Shown piece by piece: positions 10,680-21,228 of a stretch of 64,000 nucleotides of DNA (the stretch's first letter is position 1; every line of letters starts with the position of its first letter). The translations under genes and the position numbers were made by a program. The notes beneath the pieces are model-generated. The model was not told the origin of the DNA. It searched no databases and was given only the letters and a program-made list of their open reading frames with translations. Location of the stretch: NCBI GenBank assembly GCA_963796685.1, contig CAWCMR010000025.1, forward strand, positions 1,792,001 to 1,856,000. The letters run 5' to 3'. The stretch comes from an uncultured delta proteobacterium. GTDB taxonomy: Bacteria; Myxococcota_A; Polyangia; Fen-1088.

Positions 10680-10919
10680 ATGGCTAATTTCAAATCAAAC
10701 AAACCAAGCAAGGCGGCGCCGGCCCCCGCTCCTGCTCCTGCTGCCAAACCGGCCAAGGCTTTTGCTGCTCCGCAGGCTGCCAAGGCCCGCTCTTCTTACG
10801 AGCCGACCCAAGAAGAGATCCAGACCCGTGCCTTCGAGATCTACGTCAGCGAAGGTTGCAAAGAGGGCAACGATCTCGAGTATTGGCTGCGCGCGGAACA
10901 AGAGCTGCGTGCGCGGTAG
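10680..10919 (+). CDS. DUF2934-domain small protein
   Basis: EEIQTRAFEIY...GNDLEYWLRAEQEL; Ala/Pro/Lys-rich N-terminus. Confidence 0.85.
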   Translation: MANFKSNKPSKAAPAPAPAPAAKPAKAFAAPQAAKARSSYEPTQEEIQTRAFEIYVSEGCKEGNDLEYWLRAEQELRAR

Positions 10920-10943
10920 CCGAAGCCTCTCGCTCTCCGCAAA

Positions 10944-11921
10944 CTAGGTCTCGCGCATCTGTTCGGCGGGCACCGCCGAGGGGGTGGCCTGCAAGGTGGC
11001 CAGCGCCAACGCCAGCAGCCCGCACAAGGCGAAGAGGGCTGGTCTGGGCGAGCTGATTTCCATGCCCGCTGCGGCAAGCAGCAGCAGGGCCCAGCCGGCC
11101 ATCCGCGACGGGCCCTTCTCGACGAGGCAGCCCACCGTCGTTGCACCAAGGCAGGCATAGGCTGCGATGATGGCGCCCGCGTAGAGCTGCTCGGTCGACG
11201 ACCCTAGCCCCGTGAGGTCGATGCGCAGCCCGTAATACGCCACCGCTTGTACGAGATCGAAGCGCAGGGTGGTTGCGGCGCCGAGCACGGTGGCCACGAT
11301 GGTTCCGGTTGCGATGGTGACCGCCATGCGAGCCTTGCGCCAAGGCCAGGGGGAAACCAGCACCGGCGTGGCGGCCATGGCCGCCAGGGTGATGGCGTGG
11401 CCGACCCGCACCATCTCGGCGGGATCCAGGCGCGACCAGGACATACGAAGGGCGAACATCGCGGCGGCCTGCAAGACGATGGGAAGGGCGAACAGGGTGA
11501 TGCCGAGCTTGGAGCGCCAGGGGCGTGCCCCGTGCCAGATGCCGAGGACCAGGAAGAAGACCAGGAAACCGTGGCTGATGCGCATGTGAACCTGGTACCT
11601 GGGCGCGAGGATCCAAAACACGCCAAGACCTGCGAGAACGGCGAAGAACAAGCCCACCGTGCTGACGGTGATGCGCATGGAGCGGGGAAAGATCCGTTCC
11701 GAACGCAGGGCGTGCACCATCGCCACCACCGCGAGCAGCAGGGCCAGGATGCCCGAGAAATTCGAGACGAAGAGCGCGGCGCCAGCGGTCCAGCGCTCGA
11801 GGGTCGTGCCCTGGTGGCTGGGCAGAAAGATCGCGTTCACGATGCGATAGAGGACAAGCTCGCCGAGCGCGGAGAGCGCGAGCAGGGCGGTCAGATTCAA
11901 TCCGGCGAGGAGCCTACGCAT
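10944..11921 (-). CDS. Multi-pass membrane protein of unknown function
   Basis: About 9-10 hydrophobic segments from ATG 11921 (MRRLLAGL). Confidence 0.75.
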   Translation of the reverse strand: MRRLLAGLNLTALLALSALGELVLYRIVNAIFLPSHQGTTLERWTAGAALFVSNFSGILALLLAVVAMVHALRSERIFPRSMRITVSTVGLFFAVLAGLGVFWILAPRYQVHMRISHGFLVFFLVLGIWHGARPWRSKLGITLFALPIVLQAAAMFALRMSWSRLDPAEMVRVGHAITLAAMAATPVLVSPWPWRKARMAVTIATGTIVATVLGAATTLRFDLVQAVAYYGLRIDLTGLGSSTEQLYAGAIIAAYACLGATTVGCLVEKGPSRMAGWALLLLAAAGMEISSPRPALFALCGLLALALATLQATPSAVPAEQMRET

Positions 11922-12090
11922 GGTTCTCGAGTTCCTGCTCCACTTGGTCGAAGCAGTATATTCCCTCGGCCATCCATGTGCTCGCTCATGCGCGCTCTCG
12001 CGGAAATTTTCCAGGGTGGTACGATTTGGCAAAAAGCGCGGTCGGGCGACTCGGGTGCCACGGCCGGGCGGAGGGCCCAAAGGAACCAGG

Positions 12091-15000
12091 ATGCACGGCG
12101 GTGACGACTACCTCGCGGGACTCGCGCAGATCCACACGCGCGACAGCCTGGACGATCGTCGGTCGCTGTGGCGCCAGGGCATGGCGAGCCTGGCGGCGGC
12201 GGCGGCGGATCAACAGCCCACCCCTCTCGAAGGCATGGCCACGGACCAATTGCTGGCCAGCGTGCGCTCCGCGCTTTCTTCCGGTTTGGTCGAAGATCTG
12301 TCGTTTCTGTCCCGGCCCGTGGCGGCGGCGGCGCTCTTCGAATTGGCGGGCGCCCTGCCGCAAAGCCCCGAGAAGCGGGAATTCGGCCGCCGCGTGTTGG
12401 TTTCGCTGCACGAGGGCGACGCTGCCACCTTCGTCACCCTGGCCACGGCCCTGGCGCTGTCTTCGCCGCGGGCACTTGGCGGCGCGCAGATTCGGGCCCG
12501 GGTCGCGCTCTCGCTGCGTTTGCCCCTGTCGACCGGCGCGAACGTCGACGGGCTGGCACTTGCCCTGGTGTCGCGGCCTGAGCTCGAACGTGGATGGCTC
12601 ACGGCGTACTCCATGGGCGCCTTGCCGGCGCGGCGCCTGGCCGCGCGCCTTCTCGAACGGGCGGCGCGAGAAGCCGCGCGCAGGGCCAAGGAAGGCGACG
12701 ACAGCGGGGTTCGCGTCTTCGAGCGCGTGCCGGTGCGTACCGCATGGTCACGGCTCATCACCGATCGCGAGTCGCTGGTGTGGCGGCACGTGGCGGTGGC
12801 CCGCGGTCTGCTCGCGGTGGTAGCCCCCATGCGCGCGGCGGAGATCGACCGCGATCTGTCGCCCCGCCTTGGACCGAGCGAATGGCGGCGCGCCGCCGCG
12901 TCGCTGGCCGCGACCGTCGTCCACGATCCGGACACGGCCTTGCCCGCGTGTCTCAAGCTTCTGCAAGGCGAGGTCCAGAGCCGCGACAGCGGTATCGCCT
13001 CGGCCATGATTTACGGGTTGTCCCGCGTGGTCGAGCAAGAGCCCGAGGCCGCCGACGAGCTTCTGGCCAAGCTCGTGCCCTGCGGGGGTATCGAGGCCAT
13101 CGAGGCCCTGGCCGATCTGCGCGAGGAGCTGGCCGGCCACCCCATCGGGGCCCAAGCCGCCTTCGTGGCCATCGATCGCCTGCGCGCCGACCAGTCCTCG
13201 GCCGACGACGGTACCGTGGCTTTGATCCAGGCCCTCATCGACGACCTCGACATGGGCGCGGAGAGGCCGCACGGCTCGTTGCGCTTGCACCTCGGCGACG
13301 CCTTGCAGGCCTTCGCCGAAGGGCGCGACCTCGGGCCGGCGACCGACCTGGCCTTGCAGGTCGCGGGCGTGGCCATGGATGTCCTCGAAGGCACCGGCGA
13401 CGAGACGGCGGCCGAGCGTCAGGTTACGTTTCGCTCTCTGCGTGCAGCTCGACGCCGGACTGCTGGTGACGTCGGTTCTGTCGGACCTGCTCACCGTGCG
13501 CGCGCGCAGCCAGAGCGGGCCGAGCCCGCTGACCGGGATCTTGTGGCGCCTGGGTAGCTGGTTGCTCGTACGCGAATACCAGCCGGTCACCAGCGAGGCG
13601 ATTCCGCACCTGACCTTGCGCTTTCGCCAATTGCGCACGCTCTTGCACCTGGTGGATTCGGACATCGTGGACAGTGAAGAGCCCATGCCCGAGTCGCGCG
13701 GTCGCCGCCTGCATGTGTTCAAATTGCTGGCCCAGCGAGCGCAGGCCGACGTGCCCTCGCCGTTGCGCCGACTTTTGTGCGCGACGCTCGCGCGCACGGC
13801 GGACGCCCTGGCACGCGAACAGGTGGCCGAGCTGTCCGACGTGTTCGTGGCCACGCTGTGGAGCCTGAGCAGCGCTGCCGATCTGCGGGCGCTGTCCGAG
13901 GCGTGCATGGTGCCGGAGTTCAAGGAGGTGTTTGCTTCGGCCGCGCAGGTGCCGCGCGTGCTGGCGGAGCGCGGCGGGCAGGCCGACGAGCACGCCCTGG
14001 TGGAGAACCTGCGCGACGTGGCCGAGGCGTTGCCACCGGGCAGCTCGGCGCGGGTCGAGGGGCTGCGCCGGGCGATTCTGGGCATCACGCGCGTGCTCGA
14101 GACGCTGAACGAGGCGGTGTCGCTGACCGAGCTGCGCCGGGGCGACAGCAGCGCCGCCCTCGACCGGCTGGCCAGCGCCATCACCTACGCTGCGCGCCTG
14201 TGCGGCGGGGCCATGCGGCGGACGGGCCTGCGCGAGAACTATTTTCCTTCGTCGTCCACGCGGGCCTTGCGTCGCTTGGAGGCGTGGATCGAGCGCGCCT
14301 TGCAGGAACGCGACGAGGGGGTGGGCGCCGCCGCCGCCGCCGCCGCCGAGGCGGTGCGCCAGGACTTGCCGCCGCTCTTTGCCGAGGTCGTGGCGCGGGT
14401 GCTCATGCGGGTGGGACGCCTGCCGCGCGTGCCGCGACCGTCGGGCGAGGTCACGCACATCACCAAGCGCAGGAGCCAATTGCACCTGCCCCCGTGGCTG
14501 CCGCCCAGCCGCATCGTCGGCGGCTTCTTCATCGTGCGTCCCATCGGGACCGGGGCCGGTGGATTGGTGTTCGTGGCCCGCCGCTCGGAAGAGCGCCACG
14601 AGGAAGGCGCCGAGATCTTCGCGCTCAAGGTGCCCGCGTATACCGGCGCCGCCGCGCACACGCTCTCGGAAGACGAGTTCATGCAGCTCTTCCGCGAAGA
14701 GGCGGGCGCCCTTTTGACCCTGCCCCGGCACGCCAACATCGCGGGCTTCGTGACCTTCGACGCCGGCGCCCGGCCCAAACCGATCCTGGTCATGGAGCTG
14801 GTGGAGGGCAACACGCTGGAGCGGTTGGTCGACCGCCGTGCCCTGACCGTCAAGCAGGCGATCGACGTCCTCGACGGCATGGCGGCGGGACTGCAGGCCA
14901 TGCACGACGCCGGGCTGGCCCATCTCGACATCAAACCGGCCAACGTCATCCTGCGCACCCAGCGCGACCTCGCGTCTCCGCGGCGGCCACGCGGCTCTGC

Positions 15001-15424
15001 GCGCCAGGCACCGGTGCTGGTGGACTTCGGTCTGGCCGGGCGCAAGGTCCGGCCAGGTTGCGGCAGTCCCTACTATGGGGCGCCCGAGGTTTGGGACATG
15101 TCCGACTTCGGCGATCGGGTGGACCCGCGCGCCACGGACGTCTATGCCTTCTCCTGCCTGGCCTTCGAGCTGTTGACCGGAAACCCGCTGTTCGCCGGAG
15201 AAACCCTGCCGGCGATCTTCGCCATGCACCTTGGCCACGACGGCGATCCGCCTGGGCTCGAATGGATGCGCAAGCACGAGCGGCACCGACCGCTGGCCGA
15301 CCTCTTGTCCGCCGGGTTGGCGCGCGAGCCGAGCAAGCGGCTTGGCATCGCGGTCATGCGCGCGCGCCTGCTCGATCTCGCGAAGGAAAGCCTGTCCGCC
15401 GCTACCTGGCCGCTGCGGCCTTGA
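12091..15424 (+). pseudogene. Large Ser/Thr protein kinase split by a +1 frameshift near 13444 (real or sequencing error)
   Basis: Helical N-terminal region (frame of 11920..13557) continues ...FRSLR|LDAGLL... in the frame of 13379..15424; kinase motifs IGTGAGG, ALKV, HLDIKPANV, DFG, GAPE. Confidence 0.85.
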
Positions 15425-15448
15425 GGCGGCGGTGTGCTTCGGACGAGC

Positions 15449-15925
15449 CTATCCGCTCGCCTGCTGCAGGGCCGACTGGATGATTTGGGCCAGGTCGAGC
15501 CTTGGTTGGTTCTGGCCGCTCGTCGTGGCGTCCGATCCCTGCTGGTAGCTCTGCACTTGATGATGGTGATGCTGGTGGTGGCCCGAAGCGCCCGGTTGTC
15601 CCTTGGGTTGCAAATCGGGCATCTGCCCCGTCTGGGCCGCCTGGCTGAATTTGTCGGCGAGCGCGTTCAAGCGCTGCGCCTGGGGGCCGGTCGCACTCTG
15701 GGCATCGGTCTTGAGCGTGTCGGCGATGCTCGACATGACGGACTTGAACTTGTCCGGATCGGTCTGCTGCAACTGCTGAAGCTGGTTGAGCAGGTCGGCC
15801 ATGGGCGAGAGCTGGGCCGAATCGGTTGCCACGCTGTTGCCGGTGCCCGTGGATTGGGTCGACGTCGCCTGGCTTGCCGTGAGTGCGTCGATACCGTAAC
15901 CATTGCCGATACTGTTGATGTCCAT
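15449..15925 (-). CDS. Small Gln/Ser-rich hypothetical protein with a His tract
   Basis: GGAGG RBS before MDINSIGNG; contains GHHQHHHHQ. Confidence 0.75.
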   Translation of the reverse strand: MDINSIGNGYGIDALTASQATSTQSTGTGNSVATDSAQLSPMADLLNQLQQLQQTDPDKFKSVMSSIADTLKTDAQSATGPQAQRLNALADKFSQAAQTGQMPDLQPKGQPGASGHHQHHHHQVQSYQQGSDATTSGQNQPRLDLAQIIQSALQQASG

Positions 15926-16390
15926 GGAGTCCTCCGAAATGTGTTTCCCCCGGGGGCCCGAAGGCCTGATGGGTTCATCGGTACGACGCGAAGGTTTCCT
16001 GAGAAGCCATTTTGGCACCTGTCGAGCGGCGTCCCCGAGCCGCCATTTTTGCAGTCGAGGCTGCGGACTTTGCACGCTCCAGAGCCAAGGATCTCGAAAA
16101 CACGACCCGCGCGCTCCGGTATAAGACTTGCAGCTTTCGTGAATGTCGCGTCGGAGGCGAGACGCATCGAATTCACCATTGGAAATTCCAGCCGCATGGC
16201 CGCGGCCCTGCTTTGACGGTATCTCCCCCGGTCGCGCCATGGTTGGGCGCGGGCAAGGTCCGTTCATGCGACTGGAGTTCCTTTTGGTGAGCTCCGCGGG
16301 CGTTACATGCATAGAGGAGCCAAAAAACTTGAGTGTTCGTTCCGCTTCTCGTTGCATCTTGGTTCTCTCCGGCTACGCTGCCGAAGCAAG

Positions 16391-17125
16391 ATGATCCAGA
16401 TCCGCCAGCGCCTGTCTGTTGCCGCCGTTCTTCTTGGTGTTCTTTGGGCCCCTCTTTCGGCCCGGGCACAGGAGTCCCCTCCTGCGGGCCAGGACCTGCC
16501 GGCCGCGGAGAGCCCACCCGCGAATCGCCCGGTGATCGCCCCTTCAGGACCCTTGCCGAGCGCAGCCCCTGCGCCCGCCGCCTCCGACAAGCCCGCGGGT
16601 CTCGATTTCCAGTTCTTCGGCCCCGAGGGCGCGGCATCGACGACCCATTCCGCCGAAGAGATCGCGAACGCCTCCGAGTTGTCGAAGACGCGTCGCCACC
16701 GCTTGGTGGTCCATCAGGTGCTCGGGCTCACCACCTGGGCGTTCATGGCCGCGACTTGCGTCATCGGACAGCTCAACTACAACGACCTCTATGGCGGAGG
16801 CAGCGGAAGGGGCGCCTACATGATGCCCCATCGCCTGCTCGCCTATTCCACGGCGGGTCTCTTCACGGCGACCGGGATCTACGCCCTCTTGGCCCCTCAG
16901 CCCTACAAGAAGCCGCTCAAGCTCGACACCGGTCTCATCCATCGCATCGCCGCCATCGGTGCCACGGCAGGAATGGTCGCGGAGGTCGTGCTGGGGTTCA
17001 TCACCGCCCGCACCGCGGACGCCGGCAATTCGAACGGAATTGCACAAATGGCGAAGGCCCACCAGGTGGTGGGTTGGACGACCTTCGGATTCATGACCGT
17101 CGCCGGCACGGCTTGGCTCTTTTGA
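16391..17125 (+). CDS. Membrane protein with signal peptide and four His-bearing TM helices (cytochrome b-like candidate)
   Basis: VVHQVLG, PHRLLAY, LIHRIAA and AHQVVG each start a hydrophobic helix. Confidence 0.75.
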   Translation: MIQIRQRLSVAAVLLGVLWAPLSARAQESPPAGQDLPAAESPPANRPVIAPSGPLPSAAPAPAASDKPAGLDFQFFGPEGAASTTHSAEEIANASELSKTRRHRLVVHQVLGLTTWAFMAATCVIGQLNYNDLYGGGSGRGAYMMPHRLLAYSTAGLFTATGIYALLAPQPYKKPLKLDTGLIHRIAAIGATAGMVAEVVLGFITARTADAGNSNGIAQMAKAHQVVGWTTFGFMTVAGTAWLF

Positions 17126-17147
17126 CCTGCGGGGAAGGATTCCACCC

Positions 17148-17540
17148 ATGCTGAGGAAATACGTGACCGTCTGCGCACGATTCGCAGTCGTCCTGGCAAC
17201 CATCGCATTGGCCACGACGGCCTGCTCGTTCGGCAAACCCGACATCGCGACCGTGCCGGACCATCCGACGTTCGAGATCGACGTCAAGCCCCTGCTCGCG
17301 GACCACTGTCTGCTCTGCCACGGGTATCCCGCCACGCGGGGCGCACCGACCAATTTTCGACTCGATGTCTACGATCCACCGCTTGGGACCTCGACGCCAG
17401 CGGCCCATCAAGAGGCCGATCGTTTCATCCGCAGCATTGAAGACGACAAGATGCCGCCGGCGGCGGCGTGGGGCGACGGCGTGGGCCCCAACGGCAAGAA
17501 GATGTTGCAGAACTGGCAGAACGACGGGTATCCGGACTAG
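17148..17540 (+). CDS. Monoheme c-type cytochrome lipoprotein
   Basis: Lipobox TTAC; PTFEIDVKPLLADHCLLCHG (CxxCH); distal MPP. Confidence 0.85.
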   Translation: MLRKYVTVCARFAVVLATIALATTACSFGKPDIATVPDHPTFEIDVKPLLADHCLLCHGYPATRGAPTNFRLDVYDPPLGTSTPAAHQEADRFIRSIEDDKMPPAAAWGDGVGPNGKKMLQNWQNDGYPD

Positions 17541-17635
17541 CTCTAGCCTAGCCCTCCGAAGTGGCAGCCCTATCGAGGTGGGGGCAGTGGGGCTTTCAGG
17601 ACCTTGAAAGGGCTGCTCCTGAAAGGAGAAGAGAT

Positions 17636-18460
17636 CTACTGCTCCGCCAGCTTGCGTACCACGTCGGCGTCGAGTTTCTCGATCGAGCTCCAACCGCGGC
17701 AAGGCACGCCAGGGATCTCCGCTCCCAACTTGGCTACGAAGAACTTGAGCGCACCATCAATGTCTTGTCCTTGCTGCTTCAGCTCGACTTGCTTCGTTGA
17801 TTGACCAAGCCGCACGGAATAGAGGTAGGCGGTCAGTTCCCACGATCCTTTGTCGTGCGCGGCGTGCTGGGCGGGCGCGGACGGTGATCTTCGGCCGCCG
17901 CCACGGCCCATGCCGCCACCGCTGCGCCCCATGCCGCGGCCGCCGCCGAAACCGCTGCCCTGACCTGCGCCAGAGCCGCCATATTGTCCGGAGGATGACG
18001 GATCTTGCGCTGGCTTGGCGGGTTTGTCCGGGCTTGCTGCAGCGGGCTTGGGGAGTTGCCCATCGATCGCGAGGACAAGGATGGTGTCGCCCTTGGCCAA
18101 AGGCGCGAGCTTTTCGAGGAGCTCGTCGGAAACGCCATTCTCTTTCGTGTAGTCGTCGATGGCATCTGCGAGCTCGGGGTTTGCGTCGGTGAAGACCACG
18201 TCGTACGCAGCCTTGCAAATGCCGCCGCTGAAAGGCGTGGAGAGGACCTTTCCGAGATCTTCCCAGGCCTCCGGGCTCATGCGCCCGTTGCGAAAGATCC
18301 CGAAGACCGAAAGGGCCTCGGGCTTCGTTGCGTCGGGCTTTGGCACGATGGGGATCTGTGGCTGGCCTTCACCAGGTGTCGCGCAAGCGGCGATGGCGCA
18401 GGACAAGAACAGCCCCGAGGTTCGCGTAACCAGGGTCTGGCGGTGTTGGCGATGGTTCAC
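17636..18460 (-). CDS. Hypothetical lipoprotein
   Basis: GGAG RBS, GTG start, IAAC lipobox, GC-typical codon usage. Confidence 0.7.
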   Translation of the reverse strand: MNHRQHRQTLVTRTSGLFLSCAIAACATPGEGQPQIPIVPKPDATKPEALSVFGIFRNGRMSPEAWEDLGKVLSTPFSGGICKAAYDVVFTDANPELADAIDDYTKENGVSDELLEKLAPLAKGDTILVLAIDGQLPKPAAASPDKPAKPAQDPSSSGQYGGSGAGQGSGFGGGRGMGRSGGGMGRGGGRRSPSAPAQHAAHDKGSWELTAYLYSVRLGQSTKQVELKQQGQDIDGALKFFVAKLGAEIPGVPCRGWSSIEKLDADVVRKLAEQ

Positions 18461-18680
18461 GCATGCTCCAGTTGTTGGGTGACAGGTTCGTGACAGCCCG
18501 AGCGGACATCCACAAGCAGGAAGTATGCCGTTGCAGGCCGGTATGCGATTGCTGGGCCCTTTTTTGTCGGGCACTATTCCTGCAGACCCGCAGCGCATGT
18601 CCAGCTCGCCTTTCCGCTCGACCGGATACGTCGAGCGCCAAACGCTCATCCCGGCTCGCGAAGTTGTATGGTCCGCGGTC

Positions 18681-20010
18681 ATGAACAGGCGACCACCCTT
18701 TCTTTCGTGTGCGTCTTTTGCATCGATTCTTCTAGTTGTCTGCGGTTTCTGCAGCGAGGCGCGGGCTGCGTCCACGAGGCAGACCGTCACGCTCGACGAG
18801 GCGATTGACCTGGCTCTGCGCTCCCATCCTTCGGAGGCGCAGGCCCGCGCCAACGTGGACGTAGCCTCGGCCCGGGTCGAAGAGAGCCGCTCGCAGTACC
18901 TGCCACAGGTGGTAGGGACGGGGCAGTACCAGCGCATGACCGCCAATCCCACGCACCGGCCCAACACGCCTCAGTCTGGGTACCCAGTCGTGGACGCAAA
19001 GCTACGACTACTTCACCTTCGGCGGCACGGCCTCGCAGCTCATCTACGATTTCGGGCAGACCTCGGATCGCTGGAGCTCGGCGCAGGCGACCGAGTCCGC
19101 GGCCGCGCACAGCGAGCACGCCATCCAAGTGCAAATCATCACCAATGTGCGCAAGGCCTATTTCCAGGCGCGTGCGCAACGGGATCTCATCGACGTCGCA
19201 GCCGAGACCGTGGCCAATCAGAAGATGCACCTCGAGCAGATCCAGAAACTGGTGCTGCAAGGCATGCGACCGGAGATCGACCAGGTCACCGCGGAAACCA
19301 GCCTGGCCAACGCGCAGGTGCAGCTCATCGGCGCGCAGAATGCCTACGACCTGGCCTGCGCCGCCTTCAGCCAAGCCATCGGTCAAACCTCTGCCAAGGG
19401 CTACGAGCCGGGCAGCGAGGACATGCCGCCGCTCGTGGATGAAGACGCACCCATCGATCGCCTGCTCGAATCCGCGTTACGCGACCGGCCCGAGCTTGCG
19501 AGCTTCGCCAAGCAGCGGGAGGCCCAGGAGAAGGTCATCTCCGCCGCGCGTGGCGGCTTTGGCCCGAGTCTCCAGGCTCAAGCCAGCCTCACGGGAACAG
19601 GGGCGGAGCTCGACAACCTCGCGCCCAACTGGTGGGTGGGCGCGCTGTTGACTTGGCCGATCTTTCAAGGCGGCTTGACCCAGGGCCAGGTCGCCGAGGC
19701 CAAGGCCACTTTGCGCGCCATCGACGCGCAGGAAGACGCCTTCCGGCTGCAAGTTCGCATCGACGTCGAGCAGGCCGCCCTGGCGGTGCGGGCCGCGCGC
19801 GCCAGCCTCGGCGCGGCGGTGTTGGCGCTCGAGAACGCGAAGAAGCAATTGCAGTTGGCAGAAAAGCGCTACGCCACCGGCATGGGCAGCGTCATCGAGC
19901 TCTCCGATGCGCAGGTGACCCGCACCTCGGCCGCGGCTCAGGAAGTGGGCGCGCGGTTTTCGCTCGCCAGCTCGCGGGCCGCGTTGTGGGGCGCGCTCGG
20001 AAGGCGATGA
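18681..20010 (+). pseudogene. TolC-family outer membrane efflux protein with a +1 frameshift near 18978-18987
   Basis: VTLDEAIDLAL..HP, YLPQV in frame 1; SWTQSYDYFTFG..QLIYDFG, LTWPIFQGG, RYATGMGSVIELSDAQ in frame 2. Confidence 0.85.
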
Positions 20011-20037
20011 GAGAATGAAAGTCGCGTGGAAAGGAAG

Positions 20038-21228
20038 ATGATGAAGTTTTCTCGTTGCTTGGTTTTCTCGTTTCTACCGTTGCTTGGGATCGGATGTCGC
20101 GGCGCGGATGGCAAGGACAAGGCCGGGCCAAACGCTGGCGACAAACACCCGGTTTCCGTGGTCGCGACCAAGGTGATTGCCCGTGACATGCCGGTGACCC
20201 TCGACGGGCTGGGCACGGTGACCGCCTTCAAGACCGTGACCGTGCGTACGCAGGTCGACGGTCGCCTCGACAGCGTGGCCTTTCGCGAGGGTCAGTTCGT
20301 CAAGCGGGGGACGATGCTTGCGCTCATCGATCCGCGGCCCTTTGCCATCCAACTTCACCAGGCCGAGGGCGCGCTGGCCCGCGACCAGGCCCAATTGCGC
20401 GGCGGCAAGGTCAATCTCGAACGCTACACCCAGGTGGCCAAGGACAAGCTCATCGCCCAGCAGCAGGCGGACGATCAGGGAGCTCTCGTCGGACAACTGG
20501 AAGGGTCGGTGAAGGCGGATCAGGCGCAGATCGAACAGGCCAAGTTGATGCTCGACTACGCCCACATTCGTTCGCCCATCGACGGCATCACCGGCGTGCG
20601 CCTCGTGGACCCCGGCAATATGGTGCACCCGGCAGAGGCCGCGGGGATCGTGGTGGTTACGCAAATCGATCCCATCGCGGTGCTCTTCACGCTGCCGCAG
20701 GATGATCTTGGTCGCGTGCAAAAGGCGCTGGCCGAGGGCAAGCCCGCGGTGGATGCCCTGTCTCGTGATGGCAGCAGCGCGCTCGCCACCGGCACGCTCG
20801 AGGTCATCGACAACGAGATCAACGCCACCACGGCCACCATTCGCCTCAAGGCCATCTTTGCCAATCCCGACCGTTTGCTGTGGCCCAACCAGTTCGTGAA
20901 GGCTCGTCTGCACCTCGGCCTACGCAAGGGCGCGCTGGTGGTGCCCGCGGTGGCCGTGCAGCGTGGCCCCGCGGGTGCCTTTGCCTATGTCGTCGGCGAA
21001 GACAAGACCGTCGCGGCCCGACCCGTCGAGGTGGAGAGCACCGACAGCGAGCTCGCCATCATCCGTTCGGGCTTGAAGGCTGGCGAGACCGTGGTCACCG
21101 AGGGGCAGTTCCAACTCAAGCCCGGCGCCCTGGTCGAAACGCGCGAACCGGGTGAAGGCAAGCAGCCCGGCGCCCGCCAGGGCAAAGCAGCAGGCAAAGG
21201 ATCGGTTCGCGAGGCGAAGAACCCGTGA
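20038..21228 (+). CDS. mdtA: RND periplasmic adaptor, MdtA-like
   Basis: LGTVTAFKTVTVRTQVDG, IRSPIDG, LWPNQFV; upstream of two RND genes. Confidence 0.9.
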   Translation: MMKFSRCLVFSFLPLLGIGCRGADGKDKAGPNAGDKHPVSVVATKVIARDMPVTLDGLGTVTAFKTVTVRTQVDGRLDSVAFREGQFVKRGTMLALIDPRPFAIQLHQAEGALARDQAQLRGGKVNLERYTQVAKDKLIAQQQADDQGALVGQLEGSVKADQAQIEQAKLMLDYAHIRSPIDGITGVRLVDPGNMVHPAEAAGIVVVTQIDPIAVLFTLPQDDLGRVQKALAEGKPAVDALSRDGSSALATGTLEVIDNEINATTATIRLKAIFANPDRLLWPNQFVKARLHLGLRKGALVVPAVAVQRGPAGAFAYVVGEDKTVAARPVEVESTDSELAIIRSGLKAGETVVTEGQFQLKPGALVETREPGEGKQPGARQGKAAGKGSVREAKNP

